From: Candidatus Bathyarchaeota archaeon
Lineage (GTDB): Archaea; Thermoproteota; Bathyarchaeia; Bathyarchaeales; Bathycorpusculaceae
Assembly (NCBI GenBank): GCA_963733095.1
Contig: CAVTBV010000002.1
Span: forward strand, 32,001-96,000
Reading direction: 5' to 3'
DNA length: 64,000 nucleotides
Under the pieces are notes generated by a model. That model worked only from the letters and a program-made list of their open reading frames with translations, had not been told where the DNA came from and did not search any database. Both the position numbers and the translations under genes were made by a program. Every line of letters begins with the position of its first letter. The stretch's first letter is position 1. Positions 59,447-64,000 of this stretch are shown piece by piece.

Positions 59447-60205
59447 ATGAAGACATCAAATAACTTTAAGTTTTTAGCTCTGTTTTTGATCTCGTCAATA
59501 ATTCTGGTAACTGCAGCAAGTACCACTACGTCTGTGAATGCGCAATCCCAAGCTTCCGTTTATGTCTACAACTCTCAAGGTGGAAACGTAAGTGCTAATG
59601 GAACACAACTAACGCCAGCCACTACCTCCGATTATGCCGACGGTGACACTGTCGTTTACACAGCAACTCCTGGGGCTGGGTTTGCTTTCTTATGTTGGAA
59701 TTGGATCAGCAGTTCAGCTCCAACGACTTCCATTGAAAGCACACTTACAGAGACACTCTCGGCATCAGACGCCTGCGCTATACAGGCATTATTCGTCCCA
59801 ATCACAAACGCAACTCAAATGCCATCAGGATCCGGATCAGCAACTGTCGTCATGCTACTTCCAGCAGGCGGAACCACAAGTCCTGAATCAGGGACTGCGA
59901 CAGAATCTTCAAGCTCATACACAAACTACACTATTGGAGAAGCTTCTACTTTTACAGCTACCCCAAGCACTGACTTTAAATTCTTATATTGGCTAGTCGT
60001 CAGCTCAGAAGGCAGTTCCTACTTTACTGATAGTACAATCTCCTTGTACGTCCCTGCCAGCGAAGTTGCAATGCAAGCGTTCTTTGTTCCAAGCAGCAGC
60101 ACCGTCGTAATAGATGAGTACTCAAACGTTGCAATAGCCATCCTCGCCGTAGTATTAGCTATAAGCGCATTCGGCGTCTTTGCGTTCAAAAGAAGAGCTA
60201 AATAA
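59447..60205 (+). CDS. Surface protein with two InlB B-repeat-like domains and C-terminal anchor
   Basis: Signal peptide; TATP..GF.F..W and TATP..DFKF..W repeats; IDEY+TM+KRRAK. Confidence 0.72.
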   Translation: MKTSNNFKFLALFLISSIILVTAASTTTSVNAQSQASVYVYNSQGGNVSANGTQLTPATTSDYADGDTVVYTATPGAGFAFLCWNWISSSAPTTSIESTLTETLSASDACAIQALFVPITNATQMPSGSGSATVVMLLPAGGTTSPESGTATESSSSYTNYTIGEASTFTATPSTDFKFLYWLVVSSEGSSYFTDSTISLYVPASEVAMQAFFVPSSSTVVIDEYSNVAIAILAVVLAISAFGVFAFKRRAK

Positions 60206-60230
60206 TAATTTAAATTCTCTTTTTCTTTTT

Positions 60231-61073
60231 TTATTTTTCTTCGACCATTTGTGCATCTTTTACTTCATAGGTTACTTCAGCGCTAGTTTTCATGTTAATT
60301 TGGTCTATTTCCTGTATCATTCGGTTCACCATTCTGCCAACTACCAGAACGAACACATTTAAGCCTCTTGAAGCAGCGATGGCAGCTGAACGGCTAATTC
60401 CGAATTCGATGTCTGCTTTAAGCTCCAGTTTGTTGAGGGCAGCTCTGCCCACTGCGCCCATGACGCCGATTCGGTCGGGTTTGAATTCGTCATAGAAACC
60501 TTTGACTTTTGCCAAGTCTGCAGCGCGTGAGCCGCCTTTGCGTATACTGGGTAGTCTAACGATGAGAATTTTTCCCTTTTTCACTTTGACCTTGCCATGC
60601 AAATCTCTCAACCCCAAGTCTTCACCCACCTTGGCATCAACGAGTGCTGTGCCCTTCGCTTCTGTTAGTTCGCTGTCTGGGCGAACGGTGTACATGACTC
60701 CTTCTTTCATAATCAAGCCGATTTCTTGTCCTGCTTTGATGGGTTGGGTAGCGATGGCTGGCCATGCGTGTTCGATTTTTATGTCGTGTTTTAATTCGGT
60801 GACATAGTTTTCGAGGTTTCGTATGTCTTCCCGTAGTTTAGTTACAGCTTTTGGGGTTAGGTGGTAGTCGGCTCTTTCGGACCCAGCTTCTATTAGACCT
60901 TCTTTTGCTAGTTTTTTGAAGTATTTAGATATGGCTTGGATAGTTATGCCTAGTTTGTTGCTTATGTCTTTTTGTTTGATGTGGGGTTGATTCCGCATGA
61001 TTTCGAGGAGGATTTGGAATTTGGTGAATTCACCTTTGTCACGTAAAAGGATGGTTTGCTGTTTTTTGTACAC
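60231..61073 (-). CDS. Archaeal wHTH transcription regulator (COG1497-like)
   Basis: TKFQILLEI...QKDI..KLGITIQAIS...P.I..GGSR...AASRGL. Confidence 0.8.
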   Translation of the reverse strand: MYKKQQTILLRDKGEFTKFQILLEIMRNQPHIKQKDISNKLGITIQAISKYFKKLAKEGLIEAGSERADYHLTPKAVTKLREDIRNLENYVTELKHDIKIEHAWPAIATQPIKAGQEIGLIMKEGVMYTVRPDSELTEAKGTALVDAKVGEDLGLRDLHGKVKVKKGKILIVRLPSIRKGGSRAADLAKVKGFYDEFKPDRIGVMGAVGRAALNKLELKADIEFGISRSAAIAASRGLNVFVLVVGRMVNRMIQEIDQINMKTSAEVTYEVKDAQMVEEK

Positions 61074-61156
61074 AGTTAATTCAACCTGACTTTAACTTTA
61101 GTTAAACAAATGTTAATAAGTATTCGGATGGGTAAGCCAACACAAGAGGGGTAGAA

Positions 61157-61804
61157 ATGCACATCTCAGACGGAATACTCACACCACAATGGTGCATAGC
61201 TTGGTACATTTTAGCAGCAATTTTCGTAGCAGTAGGAGCAAGAGAAATTTCCAAAAGACGCAAAATCAACCCAGCATTCATGTCTATGGTTGGTCTTATG
61301 GGCGCAGCAGTCTTTGTAATTTCAGTATGGCACATCCCCGTACCAGTCACAGGGTCATGTTCACACCCAGCAGGAACAGCTATGGCCGCAATGATAATTG
61401 GTCCATTCCCAACAGTAGTAATCTCCGCAATCGCTTTGTTCTTCCAAACATTCATTGGCCATGGCGGAATAACCACCATCGGCGCAAATACGATATCCAT
61501 GGGAATCGTTGGAACCTTCACAGGGTACTTCACCTTCCGAGGCATGAAAAAGGCCGGTGCCTCAATTTGGCTCTCAGCAGGCTTAGGTGGATTAGTCGGC
61601 GATTTAATGACTTATGTAACGGCAGCTTTTGAACTTGCAATTTCAATACATCCCTCAAACCTATTTACGTGGTGGGGGGTATTCACGCTGGGATATTTAC
61701 CAACTCAAATTCCCCTCGCAATCTTGGAGTTCGGGTTCACAGCGGCAGCAGTACAATACATTGCAAATCATAGACCCGAACTGTTGAAATGGTGGTTGAA
61801 ATAA
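61157..61804 (+). CDS. cbiM: ECF Co/Ni transporter substrate component
   Basis: MHISDG N-terminus, GSCSHP.G, HGGITT.GAN, TQIPLAILE. Confidence 0.92.
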   Translation: MHISDGILTPQWCIAWYILAAIFVAVGAREISKRRKINPAFMSMVGLMGAAVFVISVWHIPVPVTGSCSHPAGTAMAAMIIGPFPTVVISAIALFFQTFIGHGGITTIGANTISMGIVGTFTGYFTFRGMKKAGASIWLSAGLGGLVGDLMTYVTAAFELAISIHPSNLFTWWGVFTLGYLPTQIPLAILEFGFTAAAVQYIANHRPELLKWWLK

Positions 61805-62092
61805 ATGGATAAGTTCACAAAATACGCTTTATTGACTATGGTCTTGATTGTAGCAATCATGACTGTCAGCGCCTACATTGGTTTCATAGTAGGCGGAAAT
61901 GCAGCAACTGATGACAAAGTAAATAACATGGCAGGAGGAGGCACAGCCTATTCGCCATTAGACATTTCTAAATTGGGTTTAACAGGAGAATACGCTGGCT
62001 TCTTTACAGCGGCTGCCGTCGGCGGGTTAATAGTAGGCTACCTCTTTCCTTCGGTATTTAGTAATAATGTCGTTTCAAGGAGGGAAAACTAA
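61805..62092 (+). CDS. cbiN: CbiN-like two-TM accessory subunit
   Basis: TM-ATDD loop-GEY..F..AAVGG..VGY; operon position. Confidence 0.65.
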   Translation: MDKFTKYALLTMVLIVAIMTVSAYIGFIVGGNAATDDKVNNMAGGGTAYSPLDISKLGLTGEYAGFFTAAAVGGLIVGYLFPSVFSNNVVSRREN

Positions 62093-62208
62093 TGCTGGAA
62101 TGGCTATCAGGAGACCCTTTAGTTGGAATATTGATCACAATAGGTTTCTTTACTTTCCTCATTATCGGAAGAAGCATGAAACTTAGAAAAATGAATCGAA
62201 AAAGATGA
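62092..62208 (+). CDS. 38-aa single-TM micro-protein within cbi operon
   Basis: MLEWLSGDPLVGILITIGFFTFLIIGRSMKLRKMNRKR; GGAGG RBS; overlaps cbiN stop (TAATG) and cbiQ start (ATGA). Confidence 0.65.
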   Translation: MLEWLSGDPLVGILITIGFFTFLIIGRSMKLRKMNRKR

Positions 62209-62996
62209 ATGTAATGTATCACGTAAATCTTGAAGAATACACCGAAGGAAGCTCTGCACTGCACAGATTGGATGCTAGAATTAAGGTCATATGTGCAGTG
62301 ACCACGGTTTTCTGTATAGTATTTTTAGCTCATTGGTATGTTCCATTGCTTTTCTTTGCAACTTGTTTTGGACTAGTTCTTTACTCAAGAGCGTCGTTGA
62401 AAGTTTATTACCGAAGGCTTCTCATGCCAATTTCCCTCGTTGCATTCGTCGCTGTAATTATGCCCTTCACTTACGGGTCAATAGTGATTGCCAGAGTTCC
62501 AGGGCTAATGATTCCTATCTATTCAGACGGCATCTACTTTGGCGTCCTTGTGTTTATGCGTTGTATTGCAGCCGTTTCTGTTCTGAATTTGCTTATTCTT
62601 GTCACGCCCATCACAACGGTTATGGATTCACTAGCATGGTTCCGTGTTCCATCAGTAATTATAGATACGATGATGTTGATGTTTAGGTACATTGGCATTC
62701 TTTCCGAGGAGAGCACAAGAATGTATAGAGCGCAGCAGTCACGATGTGGGCATTCACGCTCCGTAAGTTACCTAAAAAAAGTAGCTAATTACGGCAACAT
62801 CGCAGGCGCACTTCTTTTAAGATCATTTGACAGAGCTATAAAAGTTGGCAACGCAATGACTTCAAGAGCATACACTGGAAAATATACGCTGTTTACCTAT
62901 GAGAAAAAGAAGCTTCCTAAGTGGGACATTCTTGTAGGTTCATTAGTCGTAATTGCTAGTGTAAGCGTAGTTCTCATTGATGCGTTTATTCTGTAA
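62205..62996 (+). CDS. cbiQ: ECF transporter transmembrane T component
   Basis: LHRLDARIK, MFRYI, AQQSR, RSFDRA..V..AM.SR. Confidence 0.9.
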   Translation: MNVMYHVNLEEYTEGSSALHRLDARIKVICAVTTVFCIVFLAHWYVPLLFFATCFGLVLYSRASLKVYYRRLLMPISLVAFVAVIMPFTYGSIVIARVPGLMIPIYSDGIYFGVLVFMRCIAAVSVLNLLILVTPITTVMDSLAWFRVPSVIIDTMMLMFRYIGILSEESTRMYRAQQSRCGHSRSVSYLKKVANYGNIAGALLLRSFDRAIKVGNAMTSRAYTGKYTLFTYEKKKLPKWDILVGSLVVIASVSVVLIDAFIL

Positions 62997-63886
62997 TGGA
63001 GCAAAGAATCTTGAAAGCAATTGAAACAATCGATTTAACCTACACATATCACGATGGAACAAAAGCCTTGAACAACATAAACTTCATGGTTGAAAAAGGC
63101 GAAAACATGGCCATTCTTGGACCAAATGGCGCTGGCAAATCAACGTTACTTCACCACTTTAACGGACTACTGATGCCTACCTCGGGAAAAGTCCTTGTTC
63201 TAGAAAAACAAGTTGCCACTTCAGACCTTGACTGGGTAAGACAAAAAGTCGGTTTAGTGTTTCAAGACCCAGATGACCAATTATTCGCTCGTACTGTGGG
63301 CTTAGATGTTGCCTTTGGACCAGTAAACTTGGGTTTTCCACCTGCAGAGGTAAAGGCTCGAGTGAAATGGGCTCTGGAAGCCACCGAAATAGCGGATTTA
63401 GAAAATAAATCCCCTCAAAATTTGAGCACTGGACAGAAGAAGCGTGCGGCGATAGCTGGTGTGTTAGCTATGAAACCTGAGATAATAGTTTTAGATGAAC
63501 CGATGGCTAACCTTGACCCTCGTACTGCGAGCAAAATTCTCAAGTTGCTTCTTCAGCTTAATCAGGAGTTAGGCTTAACATTGATTATAGCCACCCACGA
63601 CGTTGATTTGGTTCCGCTCTTCGCAAACAAGATATGCATCTTAAACAAGGGACAAATCGTTCTCCAAGGCCCCCCTCAAGCGGTCTTCTCTCAAGCGGAC
63701 GTTTTAAGAAGCATGGATTTGCGCCTTCCAAGAATAACTCACCTCTTTGAGATATTAGGCAAGAGGAATAGCTTATTTACCAGCAATAATTACCCGCTTA
63801 CTATCGGAGAAGCACGAAGAGAAATAATGGAGCGCATAAAACCAAAAATGGATACAGCATCCCCTGACAACACGAATACAGTGTAG
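62996..63886 (+). CDS. cbiO: ECF transporter ATPase
   Basis: [37 protein letters not shown]. Confidence 0.92.
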   Translation: MEQRILKAIETIDLTYTYHDGTKALNNINFMVEKGENMAILGPNGAGKSTLLHHFNGLLMPTSGKVLVLEKQVATSDLDWVRQKVGLVFQDPDDQLFARTVGLDVAFGPVNLGFPPAEVKARVKWALEATEIADLENKSPQNLSTGQKKRAAIAGVLAMKPEIIVLDEPMANLDPRTASKILKLLLQLNQELGLTLIIATHDVDLVPLFANKICILNKGQIVLQGPPQAVFSQADVLRSMDLRLPRITHLFEILGKRNSLFTSNNYPLTIGEARREIMERIKPKMDTASPDNTNTV

Positions 63887-63897
63887 GATAGTTAATT

Positions 63898-64000
63898 ATG
63901 ACCCATCACTGGGGCTATGTCGGAGCAATCGCGTCTGCCCTCCTTTTCGGGAAAAGTACCACTTTAAACAAGATAGCCTCAACCAATGTTAATCCATCAA
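63898..64000 (+). CDS. Probable EamA/DMT transporter N-terminus (runs off window end)
   Basis: MTHHWGYVGAIASALLFGKSTTLNKIA...VNP. Confidence 0.45.
   Translation, partial: MTHHWGYVGAIASALLFGKSTTLNKIASTNVNPS

Noticed and set aside
700-62716. Numerous antisense or nested ORFs in the six-frame track (e.g. 8928-9398, 19947-20495, 36488-37081, 50279-50917, 61102-61545)
   Set aside because: They are shadows of well-supported genes and lack independent motifs.

Overview
Archaeal chromosomal window, most consistent with a TACK archaeon such as Bathyarchaeia (inferred from gene content: Cdv/ESCRT-III + Vps4, PEF-CTERM surface proteins, RFA-P synthases, Zn-ribbon tyrosine integrases). Core modules: cdvB-cdvA-cdvB-cdvC (12.7-16.3 kb), ppa, a LipS2-type radical SAM, a pterin/methanopterin-like cofactor cluster (33.4-42.8 kb), pyrD/pyrK, Lhr, moaCBA, mre11-rad50 and cbiMNQO. 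There are two accessory islands, each with a tyrosine recombinase. Island 1 (about 4.7-11.1 kb) holds an integrase, a ~370-nt highly structured non-coding element and tupABC; it is flanked by a 17-bp direct repeat and followed by a 110-bp tandem repeat. Island 2 (about 21.0-30.3 kb) holds three PEF-CTERM surface proteins, a HEPN-motif protein, virus-like small ORFs, a repressor/RHH switch and a Zn-ribbon integrase, with low-complexity hairpins between modules. The most interesting signal is a dispersed family of related recombination-site-like sequences (right arm consensus TTTGGRCKAYGAGAA, often paired with an inverted TTATTGTCAAATA-like arm) that brackets cargo segments, suggesting a possible integron-like gene-capture system; this is a hypothesis. 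Also found: unannotated micro-ORFs, probable non-canonical start codons and several single-base frameshifts. No intact tRNA, rRNA or CRISPR array was recognised. All family assignments are from motif recognition by eye, not database searches.
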